Shown: positions 28,218-42,804, counted from the first letter of the whole stretch. The stretch: 63,716 nucleotides of DNA, filler included, from Choristocarpus tenellus KU-1152 (GCA_964200185.2; 11 parts of 11 records of this genome joined end to end with filler, not necessarily neighbours in it), one strand, 5' to 3'. The notes: generated by a model from the letters alone, not told the origin. Made by a program: numbers and translations.

Positions 28218-31008
28218 TGCTACTGGGGGTTCAGNNNNNNNNNNNNNNNNNNNNNNNNNNNNNNNNNNNNNNNNNNNNTTAATTAATTAANNNNNNNNNN
28301 NNNNNNNNNNNNNNNNNNNNNNNNNNNNNNNNNNGGGGGCATGTGCAGAAAGTAGTGTTGAGCATGGCAGGACTTGGAAAATAATTGATAAAATGCTGTG
28401 ATTTCAAAGGGAAAACTAGAGACAGTTTTGACCCTTGGGAAAGCTAAGAAATGCGAGACCTTGGAACCTTGGAAAGCAGCAATGGAAAATTGGTTATAGT
28501 ACACCTTACCTTCACTCAGTTGTAAATAGGTGCATGCTAGATTAGGGGGGATTAGATTGGGAATGGGCATTGATTGGGCGCTATTGAGCACCATCTGCAC
28601 CATAGTTTCTATAGGGGTACCCTTGATAGTATTCGTAAAATGGGAAACATATGTTTTAGGCTGGACAGGCTTGTGATGGGGGGTGGGGTGAAGTTGTCAG
28701 TTCATGCTCGGAATGTCATGATTGCCAAAAGTCTGAGCAGTTCTCATAGGGGTTGATTTGGATCGAGTCTTGAGTGTCAGGATTGGGTAGTGATTTCCAA
28801 GTAAGATTTATGGGCAGTTCTTGCCGTGACTGACTTGCATGTGTGAAACCTTCACTCACCTTAGGATGGGTATGCTTGGCTCATGTTCTTTTCTCAATTT
28901 TATTGACAACTGAATGTTGGGGTATGAGTCAATGTTTGGAATGATCTGGGAGTACATTTACGCGAGTAATTAATGGACCTTTCAGGTTCACATGTCGAAA
29001 TTTTTGTTTCATTTAACGTGACTTCTGTTTTTGTCTTGGTTTGTTGAGGGAGGGGGGACCGTTTTTTTTTTTAAATGACCACTCTTGAGCTGACCAGTAG
29101 GAACATTTTTTTTTCTTTTTGGCTAGAGGAGGTGCATCTATGTGTTTTGATTTCGTGAGATTTTGAGGCAGCGCTCATTATTACTAGGAAGGCAAGCCAA
29201 GATGTGAAAAATGGACATAAAAGCATGCAGGTCTGGATGAAATTGCCAGGTGCAATTTTTCCAAAAAATTGGAAAAAACAATCCCATGCAAAGAGAGAAG
29301 GAGTGATGAAGAAAGGCACACAGCTATGTTTCCACTGTGAAATTACTTGTGAACATTAATATATGTATGTTCTTCATGCTTGCATGAGGTGGCAATACTC
29401 ATTGCGCAATGTATTCAGTGTCTCTTTGTGGAGGGGACTTAATGATGCACGTACCTGACTTGCTTCTCTCTCCTAGCAGAAAAAGGGTACACCCCAATTT
29501 TATCTTTTGGTGTGCAATGTATTGTTTGTGAGTCTTGCTGAGAATAGCAATGAAAGGGTCTTGCAACCAAGGGACAAAAAAAGAAACACTGATCAATAAT
29601 AACAGAGTTGTGTTGCATGAGTCAACAATGAAATGTATCCACCCTGCCGAAATCTCTTGGTATTGCTTATTTTGTGTCAACAACCAGGTGTATAGCAGAC
29701 AGCTCACCACTGACCTGGGTTGTTGACTGAACAAGTAATGCTGGCAACACCATTCTCTAGGGAAACAAATGTGTGAATACCTCTCCCTAGCCCCCATGCT
29801 GAGTTAAAACCCTCGTTGTGGAGGGTATGATATATGGCTACAGCCAGCACATGCCTTCCTTAACGTGGCAAGAGGTAAGAAACAAGCCAGAGTTCATTGT
29901 GTGATAGTGTTTAGTATAAAATCCATGGAGTGATCATTAGGCGTAAGACACAGGACATCCCCTACTTCCTTGACTCAATCCCAAAACCTGCATCTACTTT
30001 TCAGCAGTTAGTGGACCAAGAAATGGTAAGTGAAAATGAACATTCCTCATTTACTACCTTTTGTTGGTCTATGCTCTCACTTTAAAAAAAGGAAAAACAT
30101 TTATCTCTAAAACCTCTTTCACAAAATTGTCTCATTGATGAACCTTTCTATGCTCAGAACAGTGTACACTTTTTGAAGACAGTTATGTTATAATGAAGAC
30201 AATGAAATGTTGATTGCCTGCCTATGTTCTCACTATGTTTGGGTAGCATAACCTCATCTACAAAATTCAAGAAGCAAGAAGGGGTCCTCCATATGTGCTG
30301 CCTGTGGAAACCTCAAGTTTCCACTCAAGGGTGATACACCTCACTCAATCGACCAATCACTACACCTATTATGACTTTGTTTGGAAGTTCATTAACTTCG
30401 TTAAAATATCCACTTCTACAAAACAATCTATGAAAGCTTCAACAAGTAGGACTAGAGTCTTCCTGTCATCCTCACAAACAAGACAAGACTGGGGTAGAAA
30501 AGGGTGTTCATACAACATAGCCTATGATACTCTTCCAGTACCTCTGTCATCATCCGCTCAATTTTTTAATTCTGCTAATGGGAACTGATCCCAACCCTTC
30601 ATAATAGATAGCACGAACAAGTACATTGCATGGTACCAAGAGGCGATCAGGTGTGGCTTCATCTAACTCATCCACAGGACACACCACACATGCCCTGGGA
30701 GAGACAAGCAATCCTGCAACAAGGACCTTGCAGACATGCCCATGCCAGCTGGCCATTGCTGTGTTCTATGAATAGAAACAGGTGCCATGCACACTCCATA
30801 CAATACCATGCTCAAGAAGAAGCCGGGAGCAACTCTCCATCCCCCCGGCAGAGCCATGCAAGTTCATTTTGGCACCATGTGGAAATGCAGTTACATAATT
30901 GCTTTGTGAATGTTCCCATTGCTTGTGGGAATGTGCTATCTCACTTCAAGATCTCAATCGCCCCAAGGTGTATGTCATACCATCAGCTCTGTGTGTACTT
31001 AATTGACT

Positions 31009-34000
31009 TCATGGATTGAACAGCATTGCGCTGCCAACTTCAGCTGCCTTGTCTGCTCCATAGAGCACCTCCACAATCTGCCATAGAGCAAACAACAAGT
31101 GATTCAAGCAGTGCTCATGAGGTGAAAGAATCCAGAGTTTGAGTGGTAACAACATAGTAATAATAACACTATGACAGAGAAATGTAGTTCCAAGTTTGAG
31201 GGTTCATTAAAGGTTGTGCCTATGTTCGACAAGGAGGGAGGTGAGATACTTACCATGCAGGGTGTTGGCGTGGACAATTTTTCATGGTATAAAAAGGATA
31301 CACATATGTCAAAGAAGGAGACCACTATTGGATACTATTAATAGCAACACCCTCAAACTTGGACACACCTTGGTAAAGGAGAAATCCTATCTCAGGGCAA
31401 CACCATAGCCCTAGTCCACAAGCTGACAGAAACCGACACATTCAAACTTTATCCTGCTTCTTCCTCAAGACCAACAGACCAATAGAACAGGCATCCTAGG
31501 ACTTGTTTAAAGCAGGGGAAACATAAAAGAATAAATACAGGAGAAGGACTTCACTTGACTCTGTTCTTTGTGTCATACCTGCTACAAATAGTACTAACAA
31601 ACGATACACATTGAACAGTGAAATAGGCAATACTCAGTGGTTGAAAGCACAAAATTATCACTTGGTCACCTCGATACAACAGATTGAAATAAGAGACTTT
31701 TACTCAAATGTGGCAAACTACTGAGTGGTGGTATGTTTCTATATTTACATATTCCAAAACAATGTTTCTTATAGTCACAAAAATATAGAGGAATCGGCTC
31801 CTGTACTTCAAATGAATACAAAACACAGCTTTAACAAGCAACAAGTACAATCAGATCGGTTAACTCACCAATAATATTACCAACCTTTCAACCAGTGTTT
31901 CGGAACAAGAAAGCAAATCAACAGCAATCTCACCCCAATTATACTTCTTCGCCTTCAACACAACAGACGAGGCTCAGAGGGAAGAGTAGCCCAAAAAGGC
32001 ACCACAATGCAGTGACTGTATGGTACCTCTTTCACACACCTCAACTTATGCCTGCAAAAGTTGCCTTTTTGAAGCATTGATCGCCAAACATACCAAGAGA
32101 GTATGGACATATAAAATATCACCAAACACGGACATCGCTAGTTAGCGACAATCCCTACCCCTACCCCTACACCTTAAGCCCTTGCCCTCCGACCAAAGTG
32201 CTTACTATATAGCACAAAGGACAATCAGTACATGAAAAACGTTAACCCCAACACCAACAGCGGCAAGGGTTAATGGATACCTTGAGGGCAAAGGCCAATG
32301 ATGTGGCAGGCCCTTGGCTAGTGATGATGTTGCCATCCACGACTACAGGCTCTGTGGAACGGTCAGCCAGTTTACCTGGGGTAGCAGTCACAACACCAGT
32401 ACCAATGAATATGTTGCAACAGTTCATGGAGCGGACTCGTTGGTGGGGTGCTTACGATTTTGTTTCTATGTTGAAATGCCTTTCAATCTCAAGAGGGCGA
32501 ACAGGTTAGACAATATGCAGACCTGTGAAGGCCTCTGCAGGATAGCAGGTGGCTTTTTTTTGGTCAAGAAGGCCATGAGCAGCCAGCACAACAGCTGGGG
32601 AGGCACAAATGGCAGCAATGACCTTACTACGAGCATGCTGGAAGTGTGCAAACAAGGGAGGGAGATGGCATGTAGGTGGGAGTGGGTTTAGTAAGACAGG
32701 GTACAGTCTGTATGGTGTAAGGGCTAACGAGCAACATTGTAAGACAAATGGACATCCGAAAGACTACAACATTTGTTGCTACTACCAAATAGAGTACTCA
32801 CTACAATACTATCACAAGTCAGTTTCATAAACTTCTCGGACGTTAAGCGATGAACCAAAATAATGCTATTTCTACATGGCGGCAAAACGTTGTGTATTCA
32901 ACAATTATTATCAAGATGTACAATAGTATGAATACCACTGTACGCAAGGCAACTCAGTACAAAGTTTATGGATCAGACCTGGTCTCGGAGTATGGCCTCA
33001 AGATGAGTACTCTCCTTGAGGTTTGTCGCGCCCGGCATGCCCCCAGGACACACAACGGCATCCCAATCTGTACCCTTGCACTCCTCCACCATGCAATCGG
33101 CTATAAGTTTTACTCCACGAGAGCAAGTTACCTAGTGAATATGGCATGGGACAGTTCTTCAGCATATTCCTAACCTTCCTGAGAAGAGTGCATTTACTTG
33201 CGCACTTGACTATACTTCAAGTTTCCTTTTGGGAGGTGGCATATTGACATCTCAGCACTGCTCGGTGGTCCTACCCACAAAATGTCTACGCAATGGATGG
33301 TCGTACTTGCAGACGATACCCCATGTTCGATACAGAGAGTGGTGACTCTCACAGTCATTCAAGCAACAATAAACTGCTCCCTCCTGTATACCTTTGCTTG
33401 CACTGTTTTCCAAGTTCACATTGTCAAAAATTCATTACAAGTCTATACAAAAAACCCATCCTGCCTCTACCTGCGTAGAGGACTTCCACGAGGTAAGTAA
33501 GAAAGTGTATGGGTCTACTATCACATTATTTTCTTCGAGGTAGCAGAATGACTACTATCATAACTTCTATAAGCTGACAACAGTATACGCAGAATACTGT
33601 CGACCTTTCCCGCGAGATATGTACGCTTCTACCAAATCATTATTGTACGAATGCCTGGATTTGTCTAGACATAAATGATACTTCGTGGAATGTCACCTGA
33701 AGCGAGCTTCCAACGCTTGCTACAGTCACGGCAGCACCTGCTCTGACCAATGTGTCCATGACAGTGACGCCCTCTATTTCCTCGGATCCCTCGGCAATGG
33801 GCACAAGGACCTTCAGCTTCTGTTCTCCTGCCCCAGACGACAGGAATAAGGCCGAGGTGCCCGTGAGACTTAGGGGATATGCACGAGCCCACTCCAAGGT
33901 GCGTGGGACTTGAGCCATTATTCTAGAGGAAGCTCCCTTGGCTATGGGGCTCACATGGAATGAGCAGACCGGAAGCACTCCGGCAACGGCCGCTGCAAGA

Positions 34001-34359
34001 CACACTCGAACTGAGATATGATTGAATCGTTCGATCAATTAGGAGTTTTGGGGATATGGAGATTCATCAAATGCCTGAACATAACTACAGAATCTTCTAA
34101 GAATGAATAGCAAAACAAAACAAAGTACCCCATTACGGACACGCACCCGCCATAAGGTAACTCTGATGTGAAATGTGCAAATTTGAAGGGGTATACGGAG
34201 ATGCTTTGTGGTGAAGGAGAGTTGTGGGATTGAGGTCAACACACAAACACTAAAAAAGAGGCAGTATGTCAATACACATTTTCTCTCAATATTCCCATAC
34301 AAATTCGGTACACAATTATGAAATAATATACTATTCCAGATACCTACCATAACCTTCAT
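31009..34359 (-). CDS. DJ-1/ThiJ/PfpI family protein, plastid-targeted, complete
   Basis: Exons 34359-34344 (inferred 16-nt first exon), 34010-33697, 33131-32979, 32637-32523, 32375-32281 and 31077-31009, in phase. Motifs VLVPIAEGSEEIE, PGGMPGA, AAICASP (catalytic Cys), ATCYP, ITSQGPATSLAFAL. Confidence 0.93.
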
Positions 34360-35929
34360 TACTTTAGGGCTAACAACGACATATATATAGTTTTCATTGG
34401 TTTCCCCCNNNNNNNNNNNNNNNNNNNNNNNNNNNNNNNNNNNNNNNNNNNNTTAATTAATTAANNNNNNNNNNNNNNNNNNNNNNNNNNNNNNNNNNNN
34501 NNNNNNNNGTAGAAGGTACATACAGTATTCTCCTTCCTTATGGCGAGGCGGGAGATACATATTAACACATAAACATGTTTTAATAAAAGCGCTCGTAATC
34601 GTTTCCAGACTATAGTATTTTCCCGTTCCTTACACTCCACCACTATAGTCAGCCACAAGTCAAATGACTGATCCACTGCTTATCAATCCTGTCCTCGCCA
34701 CTATATCCACATAACTTGATGCTTGTAGGCCTGGCAAAGGCTGAAGAAATTTGTTGCTGCACAAACAGCTTGGCAAGAGCAAATTGTGGCCTCCTCAGAA
34801 CCACCTACCTTGCTTAGGCTGTGCTTCATGTAAAAAGTCTAGCAAGAAAGGGCCCCTGTGTAAGGATCTTGAGGATATTTTATCGCCCAGCTGGATTGGA
34901 TGGGACCTGGAAATGTATGGATCTATTGATGGGTGAAACGACTGAGATGCACTTTGACAATGATATGGTTCATTTGTTCTACTATTTGGTAGTTGTAGTC
35001 TACAGCTGTTGACACTATAGAGGCAGAGATCGAGTCTCACACAACGCCCCTTGTACAGAAGTCTGTAGAGGAAGGAGATGGATCCTCATAGGATCCTCTT
35101 GGTAGAACAAAAAGTTGCATGGTTGGAATGTAACCAAGAGATGTGATTTATGACAAACAGGTGTTTGGGCAATTGGTTGCCCATAGTTTCTAGATAAGAA
35201 CAAATGGTCAAATAAAACATTACTCCTACAATATCAAAATACCAATCGATAATCTACTGAACTCCATATGTGAGTATCACAGCATCTCTCTTCCAATTAC
35301 CTACCGATGTAATCTGGAGAATATAACTTCCCTCTTACGCTACAGAGGTGTATTGAGCTGTGTATGTAACCACATATTTTTGGGGGTTGTGGATTAGTCT
35401 TGGTGTGATTCTCACACCTGGTGTTTCTCAGCACCACCCAATGAATGAGGTTGTTCATTAGTAAGGAAGATGCGACAAAACGCTCATCTACTATCGATGG
35501 GCATGAGTTAACTAGCATTAATGCAATCAACACAAAAGGTGATCCTCACTATTGGGAACAGGAAGCTTAAGGCAGACCTTCTAAGGACACTCCCACACAT
35601 GCAATTTACATCTGTATTGGAACATAATTTTTCCGTATTACGGTGCTACTCAGTACCAGTTGAAGTTCTTGAGTACTGACCCTAACCCTAACCCACCCAC
35701 TCAGGCAGTGAACCTTTATTGCAACACAACTCCATACCAAATATTGGAGAAATACAAGAAGCCATCACCTTGCAGCATCATGTCCATTTTCCTCACGTTG
35801 TCAGATTCTTAGATCCCTACAGGAAATAAACAAAATGTACCCGAGGAAAAAATAGAACCAGGTGACATTTCTCCTTTACCCTTTTACGTGTAGGTAGAAT
35901 CCCTCTTCCAACGAATCAAATCTTCACTC

Positions 35930-36150
35930 ACGTGCTTTGGCCCCAGAGGGTGGGGGGCACCACTAAAAACCTTTCAGGTACAACAGGGCCAACTCACACC
36001 TTTAGCAGGTAATGCTTACAGGTTAGAACTCTGCCCTGCCATGCCAAGGTAAACAGCAAGGAGGAGGTGGCTGGCTAATGTTTAGTACAGTAGTGGGAGA
36101 CAAACTCAGGACAAGATAGTAATGGCACCAATTCACTACATCCTTGGCAA
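35930..36150 (+). mobile_element. Gypsy remnant downstream of integrase (possible chromodomain)
   Basis: GNAYRLELCPAM motif followed by a decayed YLVxW-like stretch. Confidence 0.4.
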
Positions 36151-36291
36151 GAACACTAAGTTCTTCTGGGGGAGAGGATGTAGCTTAGAATATATGGCAG
36201 ACTTCTCCGTAACCTCCAATGTAGTAACGTGTGTTGTTGTCCAGGTTGGTAACAAACATGAGGGGGGAGGTGATATGAGACATTGACATAC

Positions 36292-38604
36292 CCACTTCTT
36301 CTCTCACGTCTGCTAGCAATGCCTTGAACAATGCCTTTGTCTGATGGACCACCGTACTGAAGGCATACCTACGAGCAACAGATAGAGGTCTGGGGCTGAG
36401 ACAAGGTTGATATGCTATACAAAAAATGAACACTTGGACCTACTGTACGTACTGCTCTACAGAGTTGTGTTCACTTCAGCACAATCAAAAACAAAAGATT
36501 AACTACCCCGTTAGCAGTCATTAGGCAAGTACAAGCGACTGAGAGGCTCAATGGTACTCCCAGGACGAACCAATGTGTTTCGCATTTTTTTCACATTTAC
36601 TACATAAAACGGTAAGGGGGGACGACAAGGCTAGGGGGTAAGGACTGCATGTGGGTTGATGGGGGCTTGGTACATTCACAAGACATAAAACACTATTTGA
36701 TCCCAGCAGTCCCAACACTCAACACCTATAATAACACACACACACATGAGCAAACAAAACAACATCTATTGGTCTCACAACCATTCCAACCGTTGCCATT
36801 ACCTCCCTCCCCCAATCCGCACTCCTCGAGCTCACCCACGACGTGCCAGTCGGCAGGCAGCCAACCAGAACAGAACACACTGCCTGTAGCCATGCACAAC
36901 GATCTTGACATCCCCCACAGCGACCGCCTCCCTCCCCAATACCAGAATCTCCTTCCTAGCCTGCAACTCCTCTGGTGGGGGGTGCAACTTAAGGTGGGAC
37001 ACAACCTGTTTCCAGCATAGTTCTCCTTTCCGGTCATAAAATTCTTCTGGGTTGACAAGTTAGGGATGTGGATGTGAGGGGTGTACAAATAAGAGCGTGG
37101 GCATCACAAAAGAGGAACATTGTGGTGGGTGGAGGCAATAATGACCAGAGGCATATGCCATTGTCAGACCATACTTCACATACTCGCAGAGTCATCAATC
37201 ATCAATCACTCAAAGAGCCAGGAATTAGAAGACACACCTCCAACCAATGAAAGAGCTTCATTCATCGCATGCAGCCCGTCAATGGAATGCAAGTGCCCTG
37301 CATCCTTAATCCATTACCAAACCTCAATTATAACAAACCTGTGCTCAAACCTACTTCTTCTGATGCTGAGCAAAATCACCAGCAAAGTTTACTAGAACGC
37401 ATGCATTACCATCTAGTAGAATATACAGGATGCTAATCCTTCCAATTGTCTAGAACAAAACTTGCTCCATCCCTCACAACGCGATATGAGGCGAATAAGC
37501 TTCACTTCAGAAAAGCATTTCTCGTTCTTCATCAAATAGACCTCTAGAATGTTTTTGGAGACAGGACAGATATTATTAACGTTCACGCTCCTCTTCGCTG
37601 GAAAGGAAAAACAAAAAGTATATATTATCTACCGTGCAGGCTAACCCTCTGGGCAACAAGCCTACAAAAGAACTGATAATCATCGATCAATCAATCAATC
37701 AATTAATTATTGATTGATTGATCTATAAGCAATGACTTTTAAAAACAAAAACAGAAAAAACAAAAATTGCTTCTTTTTTTTTTTGTCTTGTTTTGCTAAC
37801 ACATGAACGTGCCTTCCTAGAATGTCCCAAAAAAAATTCGAAACAACAAAGCAGTCACTAAAAACTAGAAATAAGTGGAAGGTAAATTAATCTCGAACGC
37901 CTTCTCATGACAACATAGCCCACCTAGGACAGGCGTCCATCCAATACACACCAACCAATCAAAAGAGTTGTCGTACATGGTTGGCATTGTACTGGCAACA
38001 CAGTTCTTTCTGCACTGCCTCCGTGCTGTGGAACTCATCATTCTCTGTCATCAAGCAGCATCGAGATGTATACAATACATTTTCATTTCCTAGGAACACT
38101 CAACCCAGAAAGGTAGAGGTCCAAAGCCAAAAAGGTAGCCTACAGTGTACTTGACAACACCCCTCACAATCTACTGATTTCTTATATCATTTCAATCTTA
38201 ACTCACTCTAACAGTTTCCCCAATGCAAACACACAACAAAGGTCGAGGGACAAACCGGTTGTTGGCTCCACACACAAAATATTTCCAAAGCATAATCAAG
38301 TTGTAGCCGGAACTTTACTACTTACATCAACTACACACTGCCACCCTTCCCTAGCCAGTACACGCCCAGGCCCAATTCACCCTCTCCCCCTAGTTCTTTA
38401 TGCGATTGCATTTCAGCATTAAGCTAGTGCACCCAGGAAGATCTCCTACCTGCCAGGAGCATGTTTCTCCTTTTTGCCTTAGTAAGGCCCCTCACTGTGG
38501 CTCGTCTGTGACTGTGATGAATGCACGCCAAGCTTCCCTTCAGTAATGCCTTCACGGGTGTTTGACACCAGCCATTGCCCTCCTTACCCTTGGGTACAGG
38601 GTAC
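36292..38604 (-). CDS. Three exons of an unidentified protein
   Basis: Exons 38604-38450, 37046-36836 and 36368-36292, AG/GT bordered and phase-compatible: YPVPKGKEGNGWCQTPVKALL...EEFYDRKGELCWKQVVSHLKLHPPPEELQARKEIL...YRQCVLFWLAACRLARRGYAFSTVVHQTKALFKALLADVREEV. Confidence 0.65.
37685..37723. repeat. 15-bp perfect inverted repeat built from TCAA units
   Basis: GATCAATCAATCAAT...ATTGATTGATTGATC. Confidence 0.75.
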
Positions 38605-39255
38605 CTGTTCCAAAATTTAAGGGGGTGAGGGTTTGGTCACAGAACTGCAAATCACGGAGTAGCATGCCCCCCCCCCAAAGCCCACACCACTCCACACTGG
38701 AGAATCAACTCAATTGTGACTTTATTGCTGTTGCCATCTGATACTTGAGCGCGTGTCATTGATGAGCTAACTTCCTACTTACTTCATGTTCACTGTGTTC
38801 ATCTACCACACAGCACACCATATACCGTTACAATTTTTTTTGTTGCTGTGATTTCATGTTGTTGGGCTACCTCTCCTTCACCTTCCTTTTCAAAGCATTT
38901 CTCAGGCAGCATAGACAATCATGGGCATGTGTACAAAGGATGGCAAGTCCAGCCCAGGGGAACTAAATAGGTTGAACAGGAGGTACAGGAATACTGGGAG
39001 GGGGNNNNNNNNNNNNNNNNNNNNNNNNNNNNNNNNNNNNNNNNNNNNTTAATTAATTAANNNNNNNNNNNNNNNNNNNNNNNNNNNNNNNNNNNNNNNN
39101 NNNNTTTGTTTTCTAACCCCTGCTTTCCCTCCCTCTTTCTCATTGCTTGCCCCATTTGATGGGAAGGTGGATCTCGAAACCCCCCCCCCCCCCCCCCCTG
39201 TCTCTTGCAGTCACTCTGACAAATCAAACACGCGACTCTCAATCCCTGCGATCAG

Positions 39256-41189
39256 GTTCAAGGTGGACAACCAGCTGGACCAATGGCGCAAGAATGGGAC
39301 GTTTGACATAGCTGGATTTGAGAAGGGACTGGCTTTTGGTCGACTCTTGTGAGTGTCTCAATGGTGTCATGAAATGTGATCACAACAGGGGATTGGGTCA
39401 TGCCCTCGGGTCTAAACTTGTGTAACATTTGCAGTATTAGTCTAGATGCTGCTGTTTTACTGTGCACTGTGAACAGAAAGGATAGTACCAACATTAATAA
39501 TAATTTTACTGCGGTGTAGTCATGTTTTTTTAAAAGTTAATATATATTTTTTTTAGTTTTTTTTTTCCAAGTGGAGTTTGTTCTGCAGGTGAGAGAATCA
39601 AACTTTGATGCAGCAGAGACAGGAGGGGATTGTACCGTATTCCCCTGTAGAGATGGCAAATGATCCTGATTGGTGGACTAAGTGGTTTGGGACAACACAA
39701 CAACAGTCAGAATGAATCACAAAGAAGACTCGGTGCGTGCTAAGGATCCCTTTAGAAATTTGTTTGCAGGGGGTCGTTTCTGTTGTCAAGAATATATTAT
39801 TTTATTATTATTATCACCAAATTTGGTGCGCAAAGCTTTGTCCTTTTTTTTCTTTGGACGAATGAAATGTTGCCATTTGAAGCATTTCAGAACAGGAAGT
39901 TTCCAAGCAGTGACAAAAAGTGCTACACTTCTATCGCATTATTATTATTGTTATTATTATTATTATTATTATTATTGCTATTATTAATGAATTTCTTGTA
40001 TTGTGCCAATGTCAATAATAAAATGATCAAGCGCCTTCATGCACAATAGAGTTGGGATGCAGGGTCAGAGAACTCTATTGGGCGGTCAATGGGTGCTTGA
40101 AGGGAAGTCTGCGAATGACTCATGCGATTCAGTGAATGGTTATTGTTGTTGTTATTGTTGTTGTTGTTGTTGTTGTGGCAAGGAATGAAACCCTCGATAT
40201 CACTTTACTGGGCAAGTAGTTATGACCATGATGGTGTTACCTATGTATATGTCAATGACTGCAGTTAGCTCACACCATGGGATGGTTTCTTTTAAGTTTT
40301 GGTGCTTAAGGTGGTCCTGATGCTTGTTACATCATAGGTGTCTACATTGTAATCTTGAACCAATTTAAGGGGTTGAAAATCACCCAAATGAGATGGGGTG
40401 ACACAGTGGTATACTTTTTTAAAGGTAGTACTGCTTGCAGAGTGAAAGTCTCCTAACCCTAACCCTAAGATAAAATGTTCACACGTTAATATTTATTTAT
40501 ATATGTATAAACTCATATATTATATATATAGTATATATAAAGATAACCTGTTTATGCGTTAATATATATATATATATGTATAAACTCATACATACATATT
40601 ACATATAGCATATATTTTTTAACTTGCATGTCGTTGTGATGGGATTTTTTTCAAGGATGGATTGCCTCTTCTTGGCGAGGACAATTTTGTGAACTGACTT
40701 CTTTTTTATTTATAGGGTGGATGTAGATCTATCTTGTCCACTAGTATTTCTCCTCCCATACTGTTAAGTGTGTTAACCCTCTCACCCTATTCATATCCAC
40801 CAAGGTGAATGGTGTCAATAGTTACAATGGTGCTTCAACACATCTTACAGGTCTCATTCAATTTAATTTCAATCACATTAAAACTATTGTATTAGCCAGT
40901 CTACCCCCCATCAATTGCATGGCCACTCTAGTTGGTACATTCAGGTTGAGATGGCAAGCTGCACATCCTGGTGTTCCCTATGCCTGTATGATGTGTCTGT
41001 TCACCCTCCTCACTCCCTCAAGAATATTCTGATGCCTCCTGTGATCTTTAAGGTTGTGCTTATGTTCTATTTTGTGTGTGCTGGTGCCTTGTTTGCCGTC
41101 CATTGGAGGTTCTTGTCCTGTATTGTGACAGTGGTGCTGCTGGAGCTTGCTGGCTATGGTGTGTTCTTCATCCAACCAATCATCATCCG
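39256..41189 (+). CDS. Two exons of an unidentified membrane protein
   Basis: 39256-39348 + 41109-41189 give FKVDNQLDQWRKNGTFDIAGFEKGLAFGRLLFLSCIVTVVLLELAGYGVFFIQPIII (one TM helix). The second acceptor is GAG. Last exon uncertain; 43118-43151 (RPLVWDSSDQL*) is one candidate. Confidence 0.55.
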
Positions 41190-42010
41190 GTGAGAGTTTA
41201 CAGATGGTATTTTTGTGTATGCATAAGTGTAGTAACACATAGGTGTTAGTGTACCATTTGTGGAGTTTGTATATATCTTGAAGCACTCCTTGGATAAATA
41301 AGAAGAGGGGGCGGAGCCAGCTAGGTGGGAACACTGTGCAATAAATTGAGAGATATCCCCCTCTCTGCATCACTGGATTACTTAATAGTACTTACAAATG
41401 TTTTAGTCATACTACATAGCTTCACTGTGCAAATTCAAGCTCAAGTGTTTTTTGTGGAGTTACCTTCCTTCCTTTTTGGCCCTCAAAACTTCCACCCCCC
41501 TTTGCAACCATCCCGTGAATCCTTCCACCAGCTTACCCTTGTTACCATCCATGCCTAGGTTTTTCTTGGGGACATTCTATCATAGCACCTCTACCTCCCT
41601 TCTCTTTTATTTACTAGATTGTTTGGGCCCTTGCTTCTTTCTTGTGAGAGCCCGAAAGGCTGCACAACAGGCAAAATTCACAGTCAGGCCCACGTAAGTA
41701 GTATTGGAAAATACACTCAGCTCTTCAAGTGATTCTACTAGATAAACACATAATTTTCCCTAATTCGTTGTACAAAAGCATAACAAGAAACTGGCAGGGT
41801 CTGGTGCAACTGTTTTTGTACCTTCCACTCCCTTTGCTGAACGGTGTTTTTTTTTTTTTTAATGTACAGACTTAACCTTTTTGGGTGTCTGCTTCCTCCT
41901 GGTATATTAACCACTAGAACCTTCTCGTCAATGTCACAGATATGGCAACCCATTCGGATTCTGAAGAGCAACAACTCGTTTGACGGCCTTGGACACGAAG
42001 TGGCCACGCG

Positions 42011-42804
42011 TCACTCCGAATGGGACTGAGGCACCTTGACAATCCTGTGTGTGTGGTACCCTCTTGACATCAATGCACCAACAAGATCGATGTGTTGTAG
42101 TGCAGTTGGGTGGTGATATAGATTGAGGGTGAAATGGTCCGGCTGTGTGTAAAGCCGAAATTGTACAATGGTACTACTATGGTTAATTTTTTTGTGTCCA
42201 GAACAGAACAGAACGGGTTTGGTGTGGCTAGTACTATTGTCGTTTGATCCAGTAATTCTCCTCCACCTTTTGAAAGTTACAAATAGTAAACGTTAAAAAC
42301 GTTTGTACCCTAACAATGGCGGACCTCTTATTTATTGATTCAAACTATGTAATGCTCTGGAACAATGCAAAGAGTCTCGTATATAAAGGTACCTTGAGGT
42401 ATCATTTTTTATGTTTCGACTGGTAAACCATCTGCACATTACTCTATTTAGCGCTTTTGTGCTGACAGCAAACTTCAAAGAACATTGCCTCCTCTCTTCG
42501 GCCTGTGAATACTTCTAGTCTTTTGGGAATTTAATGCCTTATGCTCCCTTCTAGTGTACAGTGTCGGTGGGATGTGACAAGACTGAGTGAGACAATGAGG
42601 CTTTGAGATGTCCCATTGGCCCACCTCTTGAAGAGGAGATGGTTCGAAAAGGAGATGGTTCAACTTCAAGACCTTGTCCCAGCCCAATATCATATCCCTT
42701 GCTGTCTCCATGTCTCCCTTGTTGTACAAAAGCTGCTTGATCACATGGTGCGCAATTGTAAGGCTGTACACGCCCTCAAGTTGAACTTGCTCGATAAAAA
42801 AGGA
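42011..42804 (-). CDS. Two putative terminal exons of an unidentified gene
   Basis: 42804-42625 (CAG/GT, phase 0-0, SFFIEQVQLEGVYSLTIAHHVIKQLLYNKGDMETARDMILGWDKVL...) + 42142-42011 (PDHFTLNLYHHPTALQHIDLVGALMSRG...*). Confidence 0.4.

Noticed and set aside
30550-30900. Ankyrin-like words (RLLLEHG, ASWHGHV)
   Set aside because: Interrupted by a stop and located just past the DJ-1 stop codon; probably 3' UTR coincidence.
34036-34038. Non-AUG (TTG) start for DJ-1 as in the ORF track
   Set aside because: An upstream 16-nt ATG exon with canonical splice sites explains the leader better.
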